Positions 40,404-51,405 are shown, counted from the stretch's first letter. The stretch: DNA of 64,000 bases from Candidatus Zhuqueibacterota bacterium (GCA_049322915.1 JBMOPW010000007.1:308246-372245); one strand, 5' to 3'. Program-made: numbers and translations. The notes: generated by a model not told the origin, from the sequence alone.

Positions 40404-42107
40404 ATGAAACTGAAACGAATATTTTTATCATTCATTATTTTTTCTCTGATGATTCCCATGCTCGCTCACGGCCAGACAGCGAAAGGAAAAGAACTTCTCC
40501 AACAGGGCAAGATCGATGAAGCGCTCCAAGAGCTACATAAGGTGATTGTGAAATATCCGAAGAGCGAGGAAGCATGGCTATTGTTGGGCGAAACGTATTT
40601 GAAGGCGGGAAAGACAGATTCCGCATTGATCGCCGGAGAGCGCGTCGTAAAGCTCAATAAAAAGAATGTCCAGGCTTATATATTTCTATCCGATGTAAAT
40701 CTGGCTACAAATAACTACGCCAGCGCATCCAAAGTCCTCGAGACAGGATTGGTGCCTAACAAAAATAATTCAACGCTGTTGACTAAACTTGGCTATACGT
40801 ATTTGGCCGCTGATTCTGCGGATGAGGCGCTGGTCGCATTCTCTAAAGCCAAAGAATATGAACCTGATAATTCGGCGATTCATAATGGCATTGGTGACGC
40901 CTATATGAAGCAGGGCTTCACCGCCATGGCCATTATTTCTTTTGAGAAAGCCCTGGAACTCGATTCAACGAATGCGCCCATTCGGTACAAAATAGCCAAA
41001 GCGTACACCAAAGACCGGCGATACGATAAAGCCGCTCAAACCTATCTGAAGATCGTCCAACTCGATACGACCAATATGGAAGCGCTATTGGAATTGGGGC
41101 AACTCTTTTATTCAGCAAAACAGTATACCAACGCGGCCAGATTCCTGCACCGGTACATCCAACGGGAAGATGAAAGCCAGGAAGTGTTGGAGCATTACAT
41201 GGAATCTGCGTACCTAGGTCGGTTTTATGAGGACGCGCTGAATGCAGCCGAGGCATACTTCAAAATATCTCCGCAGTCGTTGCGTGCGAAGCAGATTATC
41301 GGCCACTCACAATATGAACTCAAGCAATACCAAAATGTCATTAAAACTTACAATGAACTGAGCGCGCAGGATACTCTTGAATTCGAAGAGATACGCCGTT
41401 TGGGAAAAGCATATTTGTACTCAAGCCAGGATTCGCTGGCTGAAAAAACATTGCTTCAGGTGATTGAAAAAGATCCGACGCAGACTGAAATATACGGTGA
41501 TCTGGGCGCAATTTACATGCGCTTGAAAAAATGGGACAAGGCTGCGGCAATGTTCGAGCAGAAGTTTGAGAGAGACTCCACGTCTGTCGCTTCCTACCTC
41601 AATTATGCGTTGTCGAATATGGTGCTTGAGCGCTGGGAGCTGTCCCGAAAGGCGCTCCGCACCGCGTTGAAATTAAAGACAGACTATTTACCAGCTCACA
41701 TGTACCTCGGTAGTGTGCTCATGCAAACAGATTCGCTGGATGCAGCAAAGGAAGAATATAAAAAAGTAATCACCCTGGCTGATACTGCGGTGAGCAAGTA
41801 TAAGAATGAACTTGCTGATGCTCACAAGGGCACAGGAATGGTGTGGCTGCTCAAAGCGGCTCGCATGAACAAAATGATCACCGACGATGATATTGCCGAG
41901 CGTAACCGCAGATTGAATCAGGCATTGGAGTCGTTCAACGTTTCGCTGCGCTTCAAAAATAGTGATGTGGCAACGCATCTTTCTAAGGCACAAACACTTG
42001 CGCTTTTGAATAAGCGCGAAGAAGCCATTGCTGAATACAAAGTTGTGCTCCGGCTCGATCCAAAAAATAAAACCGCACAGGAAGATTTGAAAAAGTTGAC
42101 CCAGTAG
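40404..42107 (+). CDS. exported tetratricopeptide repeat protein
   Basis: Signal peptide (AHG-Q); TPR-like helical repeats over the whole length. Confidence 0.9.
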   Translation: MKLKRIFLSFIIFSLMIPMLAHGQTAKGKELLQQGKIDEALQELHKVIVKYPKSEEAWLLLGETYLKAGKTDSALIAGERVVKLNKKNVQAYIFLSDVNLATNNYASASKVLETGLVPNKNNSTLLTKLGYTYLAADSADEALVAFSKAKEYEPDNSAIHNGIGDAYMKQGFTAMAIISFEKALELDSTNAPIRYKIAKAYTKDRRYDKAAQTYLKIVQLDTTNMEALLELGQLFYSAKQYTNAARFLHRYIQREDESQEVLEHYMESAYLGRFYEDALNAAEAYFKISPQSLRAKQIIGHSQYELKQYQNVIKTYNELSAQDTLEFEEIRRLGKAYLYSSQDSLAEKTLLQVIEKDPTQTEIYGDLGAIYMRLKKWDKAAAMFEQKFERDSTSVASYLNYALSNMVLERWELSRKALRTALKLKTDYLPAHMYLGSVLMQTDSLDAAKEEYKKVITLADTAVSKYKNELADAHKGTGMVWLLKAARMNKMITDDDIAERNRRLNQALESFNVSLRFKNSDVATHLSKAQTLALLNKREEAIAEYKVVLRLDPKNKTAQEDLKKLTQ

Positions 42108-42147
42108 TTGCAGCAGGTTGTTATTTAATCCATTAGGAGGAATCAGT

Positions 42148-43149
42148 ATGAAAATGAGGCAATTATCGTTTATATTTATCGTTGTCGCCCTGTTCTGGGG
42201 ATGCCAAAAATCCCAGCAGGTATCGCTTATTACAGGATGGGAAAAATATAAAGATCCTTACTTCAAAGTCCAATTTGCCCAACCGGTGAATTGGTTTGTC
42301 AATGCCGAAGGTTCGCGCATTCGGCTTTACTCCAGTCCTCAGTCGGTCGATAAATTCATGACACCAACTGCAAAAGGCGTGGAAGGCGTTCAGTTCATCA
42401 TTTCATTTCAACAGATGGAACAGCTCAAAACGTTGGATGAGTATTCCGCAGAGTATCAGAGCGAGTTATCCGCTTCTGGCCTGATGTTGAAAACTGAAAA
42501 GAAATCAGTTGATAATATCGACGCCGCGCTGTTCGAATACACCGAAGTGTACGGTAAAAACGCCAAAGTAACAACCATCGAGACAGTGGCTATTAAAGAT
42601 ACCGTGCTTTACATCATTGGGTACAAAGCGTTCAACGAATTGGCGACTATGTACCGGCCGGCCCTCGACACGCTATTGGCTTCGATTAAGCTGCCCCAGT
42701 CAAAGGAAAAGCCTTTAGATCCTTCGCTGCCATCGGCAGAGTTTACTTCCTTTTCAAATAATTTCTTGAAAATCTCCCACCCGGACAATTTCTCGTCCGC
42801 CGTTATACCATTGAAAGGCGAGACTAAATTTTCTTTGGAACTCAAAGGCTATCGTCAGGATAGCAACATCAGAATCGATATCCTGCCGGCCAAAGGATTA
42901 ACCGTGGAGAAAGTGGTTGAACAGAATATCGCCAAATTCCCCAGAGCTGTGGGCCCCAATGAAACGACAATCAGCGGCCAGAAAGCGCTGTCACTCAACT
43001 ATTCGCCAGCAAAAGAAATTTCCAGCCGCGTCTATTTCACAGTGAAAAACGACCAGGTCTATCGAATCATCATGAACTACTATCAGCCCATGAAAGAAAG
43101 CTTTTTACCGGCATTCGAAAAGACAGTTTCATCCTTGCAAATTCTGTAA
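42148..43149 (+). CDS. lipoprotein with two PsbP/Mog1-like domains
   Basis: Lipobox FWGC; repeated unit YKDPYFKVQFAQPVNW...LDTLLASIKL and FSNNFLKISHPDNF...FEKTVSSLQI; AGGAGG RBS. Confidence 0.75.
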   Translation: MKMRQLSFIFIVVALFWGCQKSQQVSLITGWEKYKDPYFKVQFAQPVNWFVNAEGSRIRLYSSPQSVDKFMTPTAKGVEGVQFIISFQQMEQLKTLDEYSAEYQSELSASGLMLKTEKKSVDNIDAALFEYTEVYGKNAKVTTIETVAIKDTVLYIIGYKAFNELATMYRPALDTLLASIKLPQSKEKPLDPSLPSAEFTSFSNNFLKISHPDNFSSAVIPLKGETKFSLELKGYRQDSNIRIDILPAKGLTVEKVVEQNIAKFPRAVGPNETTISGQKALSLNYSPAKEISSRVYFTVKNDQVYRIIMNYYQPMKESFLPAFEKTVSSLQIL

Positions 43150-43608
43150 TGAATTTTTTCTGTAGTTCGACGCATTGCATGTGTTAGAAAGAATTTGTTT
43201 CAAAGAATCACCGATCCAAACCGCGAGCGCTGCTCACGCAGATTCACCAAATCGAAACCGTGGGCAGCAACAACGCATAGCACATGGCCTCTGGCTGCCA
43301 AAACGAATCTGGCGCATGTGTTCAGCGGCTCGCGAATCTTCTTATCTCTGTTCTCATTTTAAAATTTTTGCCGAAACGCCACGGCATTGAAATTGCCGGG
43401 TGAACCGCTGCAGGAAGATGTATTTCTTTTTGTGTACTTCATCGGAATGACCTGCACCCACGGCTGCTCATTGCAGAAGCAGAGTAGGCGTTGAAAATCA
43501 GTCATGCCTGAGTCGGATTTTCTGTCCAGGCATGCTGCGTGACCATGTTTGTACTGTATTAAGCCACCGTTGTTTTAACGTGCAGTTACAATTGACAGGA
43601 GCGACGAA

Positions 43609-44016
43609 GTGGAATTCGATTTTGGAATCATTTTTTTGTTTGTAATTCTGGGTATGGGATTTATTCTGGCGGCCTTGCTTGTCGGGAGGTTCGTTCGACC
43701 CGGTCGTCTGCGCAAGGAGCGAGACGCTACGTATGAATGCGGAGAAGCGCCCATCGGGGAAAGCTGGTATAATTTCAATCCGCGGTTCTACATGTTAGCC
43801 ATTCTCTTTCTCATCTTCGATGTAGAATTGGCGGTGACCTACCCGGTGATTGCTGTGCTGCGCAACTGGGGCGAACGCGGCCTGGGGCTGATCGCATTTC
43901 TTGAAATTTTGCTTTTCGTCGTCATCATCGTTACCGGTCTTGTATTTTTATGGGTTCGGGGCGATCTGGAATGGATAAAAAAGATTGAATTGTTAGGACA
44001 AGAGGAAAAGATATGA
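43609..44016 (+). CDS. nuoA: NADH-quinone oxidoreductase subunit A
   Basis: YECGE and FLIFDVE motifs. Confidence 0.95.
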   Translation: MEFDFGIIFLFVILGMGFILAALLVGRFVRPGRLRKERDATYECGEAPIGESWYNFNPRFYMLAILFLIFDVELAVTYPVIAVLRNWGERGLGLIAFLEILLFVVIIVTGLVFLWVRGDLEWIKKIELLGQEEKI

Positions 44017-44522
44017 TGAATGAATACGCCTGGGGCGAAGGACTGGCCATACCCACCAAACTGGATTGGCTCATTAACTGGCCTCGAAAGAATTCGCTGT
44101 GGTACCTGCTATTTGCGACTGCCTGCTGCGGAGTGGAACTTATGCAAACCGGCGGCCCTCGCACAGATTTAGATCGCTTTGGAATGGTGTTCCGGGCCTC
44201 GCCGCGACAGGCAGATATTTTGCTGGTCGCCGGAACAATTACTTATAAAATGGCTGATGCGGTGCGGCGTCTTTATGACCAGATGCCGGAACCAAAATAT
44301 GTACTGGCCATGGGCTCGTGCGCCAATTGCGGTGGATTGTTTCAATTGAGCTATTCAGTCGTGAAGGGCGTTGATAAAATTGTCCCGGTGGATATTTATC
44401 TGGCCGGTTGTCCGCCCCGTCCCGAAGCATTGAATGAAGCGCTGATCAGTATTCAAAAGAGAATGGAAAAGGATCACTGGGCGCAGCGCATGAATATAGA
44501 TTCGGAGGCATTGGCTCTATGA
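44013..44522 (+). CDS. nuoB: NADH-quinone oxidoreductase subunit B
   Basis: ACCGVE, SPRQAD, MGSCA and GCPPRPE motifs. Confidence 0.96.
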   Translation: MMNEYAWGEGLAIPTKLDWLINWPRKNSLWYLLFATACCGVELMQTGGPRTDLDRFGMVFRASPRQADILLVAGTITYKMADAVRRLYDQMPEPKYVLAMGSCANCGGLFQLSYSVVKGVDKIVPVDIYLAGCPPRPEALNEALISIQKRMEKDHWAQRMNIDSEALAL

Positions 44523-45061
44523 CTCTCACAGAGGTTCTTCATTCTCTACAAAAACACCTTCCTGATATTACATTGGACCAGCAACAAAGTGAAAAGGGCG
44601 ATTCCTGGATTGTAGCGCCGGCCGAGGAAATTCTTCGTGTGCTGTCCTGCCTGAAAAATGATCTGGGCATCTCCTACTTAGCCTGTCTTTCGGGCGTGGA
44701 TAATGAAAGCGCATTCGGCGTTGTCTATCATCTTCGCTCGCTGAAGGATAAAATTGATGTCACCATCAAGGCGGCGTTGCCAAAGGAAAATCCCGGCATA
44801 GCATCGGTCAGCGGCCTTTTCGCGGTTGCTCAATGGTTCGAGCGGGAAACATTTGATATGCTTGGCATTCAATTTCAAGGTCATCCTGATTTGAGACGCA
44901 TCTTGTTACCAGAAGACTGGGTCGGCTATCCTTTGCGCAAAGATTATCAACCGCCAACCGAATATAATGGCATTCCGGCGGACCGGCCTGATGCGCATGC
45001 ACTGTTTGATAAATTTTATCCGAAACCCAAACCAGCAGATGACCCGTCTCAGGCATCTTAA
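44519..45061 (+). CDS. nuoC: NADH-quinone oxidoreductase subunit C
   Basis: [24 protein letters not shown] and YPLRKDY motifs. Confidence 0.95.
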   Translation: MTLTEVLHSLQKHLPDITLDQQQSEKGDSWIVAPAEEILRVLSCLKNDLGISYLACLSGVDNESAFGVVYHLRSLKDKIDVTIKAALPKENPGIASVSGLFAVAQWFERETFDMLGIQFQGHPDLRRILLPEDWVGYPLRKDYQPPTEYNGIPADRPDAHALFDKFYPKPKPADDPSQAS

Positions 45062-45103
45062 CGAATTTGAAAAAAGTACGGTAGAAATTTAAGGACGGTT
45101 TAC

Positions 45104-46237
45104 ATGACCAAATTGGCTGTAGAGACTCTGGATAACGGATCAACTATCATTAATATGGGACCCCAACATCCTTCCACGCATGGGGTCATCAATTTCAGAT
45201 TAAAACTCACCGGCGAAATAATCGAGACCATCGATCCCAACGTCGGATTCCTGCATCGCGGACTGGAAAAGATCGCGGAAATGGTTCCGTACACCGGCTA
45301 TATTCCCTACACCGATCGTATCGATTACGTTTCAGCGATGTTCTGCAATCAGGGCTGGTGCATGGCAGTCGAGAAACTGCTGGGACTTGAGGTGCCGCGT
45401 CGGGCGGAATACCTGCGCGCCATCGCCTGCGAATTGAACCGCATCATCAACCATCTGCTTGCGTGCGGAAGCCTTGCCATGGACTGCGGCGCAGTCACTC
45501 CTTTTCTGCACTGCATCCGCGAGCGCGAGCATGTGAACGACCTGATGGAAAAAATCTGCGGCGCCCGACTGACTTATAATTACATGCGCTTCGGCGGTGT
45601 GTCGTGCGATTATGCGCCGGGACTTGATAAAGAGATTCTCACCTTTATCGACCGGTTTGAAAGGTTCCTGCCGGAATTAAATCGCCTGATCACTGACAAT
45701 GAGATCTTTGTGAATCGATTGATACACCTGGGCGTCATCGATGCGGATTCTGCGATAAGTTACAGTCTTGGCGGACCGAATCTGCGCGCGTCCGGGGTGG
45801 ATTTTGACCTGCGCCGCGATTATTCCTACAGCGCCTATCCTGAATTGAAATTCAAAGTGGTCACAGGCAATGGCTATCGGGGTGAAGTTGGCGATTCGTT
45901 CGCCCGGTACATGGTGCGCATCGACGAGATGAGCGAATCGGCAAAGATTGTACGGCAGGCAATCGAGGGTCTGCCCGAAGGAGAAATTCAAGCGAAAGTG
46001 TCGCGAAATCCGTCCATCGCTCCCGGGGAGATTTATAGCGTCGTCGAAAGCAATCGAGGCGAGCTCGGCTATTACGTGGTGAGCAATGGCACAGATCGGG
46101 CCTTCCGCGCCAGAATCCGAACCGGCTCATACACGGCCATGTCGCTGCTCCAGAAATTTGTGCCGGGACTGATGGTCGCAGATCTCGTGGCGTTCTTTGG
46201 CAGCCTGGATGTCGTAGCGCCGGAAGTCGACCGCTAA
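45104..46237 (+). CDS. nuoD: NADH-quinone oxidoreductase subunit D
   Basis: NMGPQHPSTHG, LHRGLEK, DRIDY and C-terminal EVDR; no NiFe CxxC motifs. Confidence 0.95.
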   Translation: MTKLAVETLDNGSTIINMGPQHPSTHGVINFRLKLTGEIIETIDPNVGFLHRGLEKIAEMVPYTGYIPYTDRIDYVSAMFCNQGWCMAVEKLLGLEVPRRAEYLRAIACELNRIINHLLACGSLAMDCGAVTPFLHCIREREHVNDLMEKICGARLTYNYMRFGGVSCDYAPGLDKEILTFIDRFERFLPELNRLITDNEIFVNRLIHLGVIDADSAISYSLGGPNLRASGVDFDLRRDYSYSAYPELKFKVVTGNGYRGEVGDSFARYMVRIDEMSESAKIVRQAIEGLPEGEIQAKVSRNPSIAPGEIYSVVESNRGELGYYVVSNGTDRAFRARIRTGSYTAMSLLQKFVPGLMVADLVAFFGSLDVVAPEVDR

Positions 46238-46382
46238 ATCGACTGGCGCCAATGTATCGCGGCTGATTTATTGGCATGCTGGGAATTGTCTCATCGGCAG
46301 GTAGATTCTTCAATTGAACGATCCTTGTACATGAATTACAGATCGCGTCTTTTTCATATAACCATAGAATGAACGAAGCCTT

Positions 46383-47615
46383 ATGAAAGAACTTTTTCTC
46401 TCTCTGTCAGAAAGCTGGAAACTCAACCCTGCTCAAATGACGCTGGTGACGGTGCTGTGGCTACTGGTTGTGAGCATTCTTGTGCTGGTATTCATGGCCC
46501 TATTCGCCGGCATTACTTCCTGGGCGGAGCGCCGCATCGCCGGACGCATGATGTCCCGAATCGGACCCAATCGCGTTGGGCCGGTGGGATTTCTTCAATG
46601 GCTCGCCGATGGTCTGAAATCTTTCCTCAAAGAAGATGTCATACCCGCGGCCTCGGATCGGCTGATGTTCCGCTTTGCGCCGTACGTTGTTTTCACCGGC
46701 GCATTCGGAGCGTTCGCAGCGCTGCCATTTGGGTACGGCATCGCTGCAACGCATATCGATATCGGCATTGTCTATGTCACAGCGATTGCGACGCTGACGG
46801 TGCTGGGAATTATGATGGCCGGCTGGTCGAGCAACAACAAATGGTCGCTCATCGGCGGCATTCGCAGCGCGGCTCAGATTGTCTCCTACGAAATTCCCTC
46901 GGGGTTGGCAGTGATGTCAATCGTTGTTATTGCCGGCTCGTTGAACATGGAAGAGATTATCAAACAGCAGGGGGGATGGCCCTGGCATTGGTTCATCTTC
47001 CACAATCCGTTTACATTTATTGCTTTCTTCATCTTCTTCGCATCGATTCTGGCTGAAGGAAACCGCACGCCGTTCGATCTGCCCGAGGCAGAGAGCGAAC
47101 TGGTTGCCGGTTATCTCACCGAATATTCCGGAATGCGCTTTGTATTTTTCTTCTTTGCCGAATGGGCGAATCTCTGGGTCATGTCCGCGTTGGTCACCAC
47201 GCTATTTTTAGGCGGCTGGCAGATTCCCGGCATCTCTGACCTGGGCGCCATGCTCGCCACGGCGACATTCCCGATCAAAGCGTTATGGGTGCTGTTGAGC
47301 CTGGTTGTGTTCTGCACCAAAACGTTGATCCTGGTCTTTGTCGTCATCTGGATTCGATGGACTTTGCCCCGCTTGCGCGTTGACCAACTGATGGTCATGT
47401 GCTGGAAATATTTTACACCCATCGGTTTTGTGGCGCTGCTCGGATCGGCATTGTTCAGCATTATGCCGCACTCCGGCGCCTGGTTGTATTTCCACTGGGC
47501 TGTAAAAATCGGGTTGACTGCCCTGGGTTTTACCATTGTACTCATGTTGCTCCTGCGATCCGCATACAATCTTCGTAAATCAAAAGATGAGATTGATTTG
47601 AAAATCTGGATCTGA
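46383..47615 (+). CDS. nuoH: NADH-quinone oxidoreductase subunit H
   Basis: ERRIAG..M.RIGPNRVGP and NRTPFDLPEAESELVAG motifs. Confidence 0.96.
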   Translation: MKELFLSLSESWKLNPAQMTLVTVLWLLVVSILVLVFMALFAGITSWAERRIAGRMMSRIGPNRVGPVGFLQWLADGLKSFLKEDVIPAASDRLMFRFAPYVVFTGAFGAFAALPFGYGIAATHIDIGIVYVTAIATLTVLGIMMAGWSSNNKWSLIGGIRSAAQIVSYEIPSGLAVMSIVVIAGSLNMEEIIKQQGGWPWHWFIFHNPFTFIAFFIFFASILAEGNRTPFDLPEAESELVAGYLTEYSGMRFVFFFFAEWANLWVMSALVTTLFLGGWQIPGISDLGAMLATATFPIKALWVLLSLVVFCTKTLILVFVVIWIRWTLPRLRVDQLMVMCWKYFTPIGFVALLGSALFSIMPHSGAWLYFHWAVKIGLTALGFTIVLMLLLRSAYNLRKSKDEIDLKIWI

Positions 47616-47718
47616 CAATGCGCGAATCCAGCGAGTGCCCGATCGATGCGCTGTACATGTTTAGCTGTGTTCATTTAAGTATTGAATAAAAACAATTCCA
47701 CGTAACTTATCAGGAGTC

Positions 47719-48306
47719 ATGCCTGTGCCGCACGCTGTGGTGAATTATTTTTCGAGTATCAGAAAAACCTTTGTCTCTATATTTGAAGGAATGGCGGTGA
47801 CTTTATCGTATATGGTTCGAAAACCAATGACGATTCAGTACCCGGATCGCATTCCCAAACCTTTACCGGAGACGTTGCCATCTAATTTTCGTGGCGTTCT
47901 TGAAGTGGATATCAGTACTTGTACCGGCTGTTTAGCCTGCATGAAACGATGCCCAATTGACGTGATTCTCATTGTAACAGAACGAGACCCGGAGACGAAA
48001 AAAAACTTTCTGACCCGATTCGAGATTGATGCGAGTAAATGTATGGTCTGTGGGTTATGCACCGAAGTCTGTCCCACAGGCGCCATCCGTCACAGCACCG
48101 AATTCGAAGCGAGTTCCTGGAATATTATGAATCTGGTCTTGTTGTATGTTCAGCCAGGTGAAAAAGTACCGGTCTATAAAATGGTCAAAGATCAACCCGC
48201 TCAGGGATTGCCGCAGAACAAGCCGTTTCAGCATATTCGCAAGGCCTGGGATAGTCCCGCGCCAATCAAGCTGGACTCCGCCCGCGGCAAAGTTCGCTGG
48301 AAGTAA
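47719..48306 (+). CDS. nuoI: NADH-quinone oxidoreductase subunit I
   Basis: Two CxxCxxCxxxCP motifs; TIQYP. Confidence 0.93.
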   Translation: MPVPHAVVNYFSSIRKTFVSIFEGMAVTLSYMVRKPMTIQYPDRIPKPLPETLPSNFRGVLEVDISTCTGCLACMKRCPIDVILIVTERDPETKKNFLTRFEIDASKCMVCGLCTEVCPTGAIRHSTEFEASSWNIMNLVLLYVQPGEKVPVYKMVKDQPAQGLPQNKPFQHIRKAWDSPAPIKLDSARGKVRWK

Positions 48307-48411
48307 TGAGTGCGGGTCGTTTTGCGAACCGTGTGCCGGACGTGGGGTAATCAACCGGATCGACAAATCAATATTTGCTGAATAATTTATTGAATCGCAG
48401 GAGGTTTCTGA

Positions 48412-48960
48412 ATGACTCAGATCGCGAGTCAGGCGCTTTCGTATGCGGACGTCTTATTTTATATTTTAACCGGCTTCATTTTGATGTGCGCGCTGGTAGT
48501 CGTCTTCTCTAAAAACATCATTCATTCGGCATTTTCGCTGTTGGGGGTCTTCGCCGGAGTGGCCGGTCTGTACGGTTTAATTGTCGCTAATTTTATCATG
48601 GCTGTCCAGTTGCTGGTGTATGTCGGCGGCGTGCTGGTCATTATTTTGTTCGCCATCATGTTGACGCGAGGCATCAAGGACGTCCGTCAATCCAATCCTT
48701 CGACCGGACTGTTAACCGCCAGCATTATTGGCGTCATCGTGGCGGTTTTGCTCGTCGCTGTCGCCGTCACTTTCCCCTGGAAAATTCAAGCGATGACCGA
48801 CGCCACGTCCACAGTCCCACGGATTGGAAATGCACTGCTGGATCAATATCTGATCCCATTCGAAGTGCTGTCCGTGCTGCTGTTGGCCGCTTTGATCGGC
48901 GCTGTGATGTTAGTCCGCAAAGAAATTAAATCTGAAAACTTAACAGAGGAACAGGAATGA
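48412..48960 (+). CDS. nuoJ: NADH-quinone oxidoreductase subunit J
   Basis: QLLVYVGGVLV and PFEVLSVLLLAALIGA motifs. Confidence 0.95.
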   Translation: MTQIASQALSYADVLFYILTGFILMCALVVVFSKNIIHSAFSLLGVFAGVAGLYGLIVANFIMAVQLLVYVGGVLVIILFAIMLTRGIKDVRQSNPSTGLLTASIIGVIVAVLLVAVAVTFPWKIQAMTDATSTVPRIGNALLDQYLIPFEVLSVLLLAALIGAVMLVRKEIKSENLTEEQE

Positions 48961-49271
48961 ATTTGACCCTTAGCTTGCAGCATTATCTTGTCGTGGCGGC
49001 ATTATTGTTCTCGTTAGGGATTGTCTGCGTCCTCTCCCGGCGCAATGCTATTGGTTTGTTGATGGGGGTGGAACTCATTCTTAACTCCGCCAATATCAAT
49101 CTGATCGCTTTCGCCAATTACATCGAAAATGGCATTTCCGGCCAGGTGTTCGCCCTGTTTGTGATTGTGCTGGCTGCGGCGGAAGCGGCCATTGCCATGG
49201 CAATCGTATTGGCTATTTATCGATCTTTTAAAAATATCGATGTCGCACTGACGGTTAACTTGAAGGAGTAA
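48957..49271 (+). CDS. nuoK: NADH-quinone oxidoreductase subunit K
   Basis: GVELILNSANINL and AAAEAA motifs. Confidence 0.95.
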   Translation: MNLTLSLQHYLVVAALLFSLGIVCVLSRRNAIGLLMGVELILNSANINLIAFANYIENGISGQVFALFVIVLAAAEAAIAMAIVLAIYRSFKNIDVALTVNLKE

Positions 49272-49275
49272 ACTT

Positions 49276-51405
49276 TTGGAACATATTCATGAAGCCCGTT
49301 GGTTATGGTTAGTCCCGGTATTACCGTTGATTGGCGCGTTCATTAACGGCGCGTTTGGATTGAAAATCCATCGCCGCTATGGTGAAAAACCGATTCACAT
49401 CATTGCGGTTCTGATGCCCTCATTATCGTTCATCATTACGGCATTTTATTTTCTGCAATTGCTGCCTCTTCCGGCAGAAGAACGCCAGATGCTGTGTCAG
49501 CTCTATGACTGGATTAAAATTGGCGATTTCAGTGTTCCTTTGGCTTTCTGGCTGGACCAACTCTCCGCAGCAATGACCCTCATGGTCACCTTTGTCGGCA
49601 CGCTCATTCATATCTACAGCATCGGCTACATGCACAAGGATCCGAGCTACTGGCGCTTCTTCGCCTTCATGAATTTGTTCATGTTCTCCATGCTGACCCT
49701 GATCCTCGGCGATAACTTCCTGCTGATGTTCGTCGGATGGGAAGGCGTCGGCCTGTGCTCGTATCTGCTCATCTCGTTCTGGTATCATGACGTGGAAAAA
49801 GCTAAAGCCGGGATGAAAGCGTTCATCACCAATCGCATCGGGGATTTCGGTTTCATCATCGGTATGTTCGCGCTCATCTGGTCGCTCGGCGGCGGCTGGA
49901 GTGACAGTGGTTATTCGTTCCAATTCCCGGATCGTCTGACATTCGTCTTCCGCGAAATTCAGGAACTGGCGCCATTCCTGGTTGACCAGAAAATTTTCGG
50001 CGTTGGCGTGATCACATTCGTCTGTCTGTTCTTCTTCTGGGGCGCCACGGCAAAGAGTGCGCAAATTCCTCTGTACGTCTGGCTGCCCGATGCCATGGCT
50101 GGTCCAACGCCGGTCTCGGCATTGATTCATGCCGCAACAATGGTGACTGCCGGCGTTTACATGGTGGCGCGGTTGAATTTCCTGTTCGCTCTGTCGCCAG
50201 TCGCCATGACAGTGGTCGCCACAGTGGGGGTGGTCACCGCGCTGTTCGCAGCAACAATCGCGTTATTTCAATATGATATTAAAAAAGTATTGGCCTATTC
50301 GACTGTCAGCCAGTTGGGATTCATGTTCCTCGGCGTTGGCGTCGGCGCGTACGGCGTCGGGATTTTTCACCTGCTGACCCATGCGTTCTTCAAAGCATGT
50401 CTCTTCCTCGGCTCAGGCAGCGTCATTCATGCCATGCATCATGTTTATCACAAACTGAATGACCACCACCGTGATCCCCAGGATATGCGAAACATGGGCG
50501 GATTGGCAAAGCATCTGCCGGCCACACGATGGACGTACCTGGCAGCCTGTTTCGCCATCTCCGGATTCCCGCTGATGTCGGGCTTTTTCTCCAAAGACGA
50601 AATTCTCTGGATGGCTTTCGCCAATGCCAATACGTTGATCCCGGGCCAGGTGCTCTGGACCATCGGCGCAATCACCGCAATCCTGACCGCATTTTATATG
50701 TTCCGTTCGTACTTCATGACCTTCACCGGGACATTCCGCAGCGGTAGTGATGCCGAGAAACACCTGCACGAATCGCCCGCCACCATGACGACGGTGCTCA
50801 AAATTCTGGGCGTCCTTTCCATCATTGGCGGGGTGATCGGATTGCCGCATCTGTGGCATCTGCCAAATTTACTGGAAGGCTGGTTGGAGCCGTTGTTCGA
50901 ATCCGCTCATCACCACGTGCACTGGCATCATTATGCTGTTTCAATCGAATGGCTGCTGATGTTGACTTCCATCGTCATCGCGCTGGCCGGCATTTCCCTG
51001 GCTTATAAACTTTATAATGATAATAAATCCACCGTGCCCGCCCGGTTTCTGAAGACCTTTCCGACCTACCATCGGATCGCTTTCAACAAGTATTATGTCG
51101 ATGAATTGTATCAAAAGACCGTCATCAATGGCACTTTGGCATTCTCGAAAGTAAGCGGCTGGTTTGATTCCCACATCATCGATGGGCTGGTCAATTTGAT
51201 GGGCTACATCGCGCGCTTCTTCTCGTGGCTGCATGGCCTCTGCGATACCTACATTGTCGACGGGGCGGTGAATGGCCTGGCCGCTATCAATTCGTTCTTT
51301 GGCCGGAAGCTGCGACGCGTTCAGACTGGTCGAATCAATTCCTATCTGTATGGCTTGATGGGCGGGGGATTGCTGCTCATTTTAGTGCGGTATTTGTTAG
51401 GCTAG
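49276..51405 (+). CDS. nuoL: NADH-quinone oxidoreductase subunit L
   Basis: WEGVGLCSY, KSAQIPLYVWLPDAMAGPTPVSALIHAATMV and THAFFKA motifs. Confidence 0.96.
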   Translation: MEHIHEARWLWLVPVLPLIGAFINGAFGLKIHRRYGEKPIHIIAVLMPSLSFIITAFYFLQLLPLPAEERQMLCQLYDWIKIGDFSVPLAFWLDQLSAAMTLMVTFVGTLIHIYSIGYMHKDPSYWRFFAFMNLFMFSMLTLILGDNFLLMFVGWEGVGLCSYLLISFWYHDVEKAKAGMKAFITNRIGDFGFIIGMFALIWSLGGGWSDSGYSFQFPDRLTFVFREIQELAPFLVDQKIFGVGVITFVCLFFFWGATAKSAQIPLYVWLPDAMAGPTPVSALIHAATMVTAGVYMVARLNFLFALSPVAMTVVATVGVVTALFAATIALFQYDIKKVLAYSTVSQLGFMFLGVGVGAYGVGIFHLLTHAFFKACLFLGSGSVIHAMHHVYHKLNDHHRDPQDMRNMGGLAKHLPATRWTYLAACFAISGFPLMSGFFSKDEILWMAFANANTLIPGQVLWTIGAITAILTAFYMFRSYFMTFTGTFRSGSDAEKHLHESPATMTTVLKILGVLSIIGGVIGLPHLWHLPNLLEGWLEPLFESAHHHVHWHHYAVSIEWLLMLTSIVIALAGISLAYKLYNDNKSTVPARFLKTFPTYHRIAFNKYYVDELYQKTVINGTLAFSKVSGWFDSHIIDGLVNLMGYIARFFSWLHGLCDTYIVDGAVNGLAAINSFFGRKLRRVQTGRINSYLYGLMGGGLLLILVRYLLG

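Noticed and set aside
44013..46237. Group 4 NiFe hydrogenase interpretation of nuoBCD
   Set aside because: NuoD lacks both CxxC motifs and NuoB has the tandem CC of complex I
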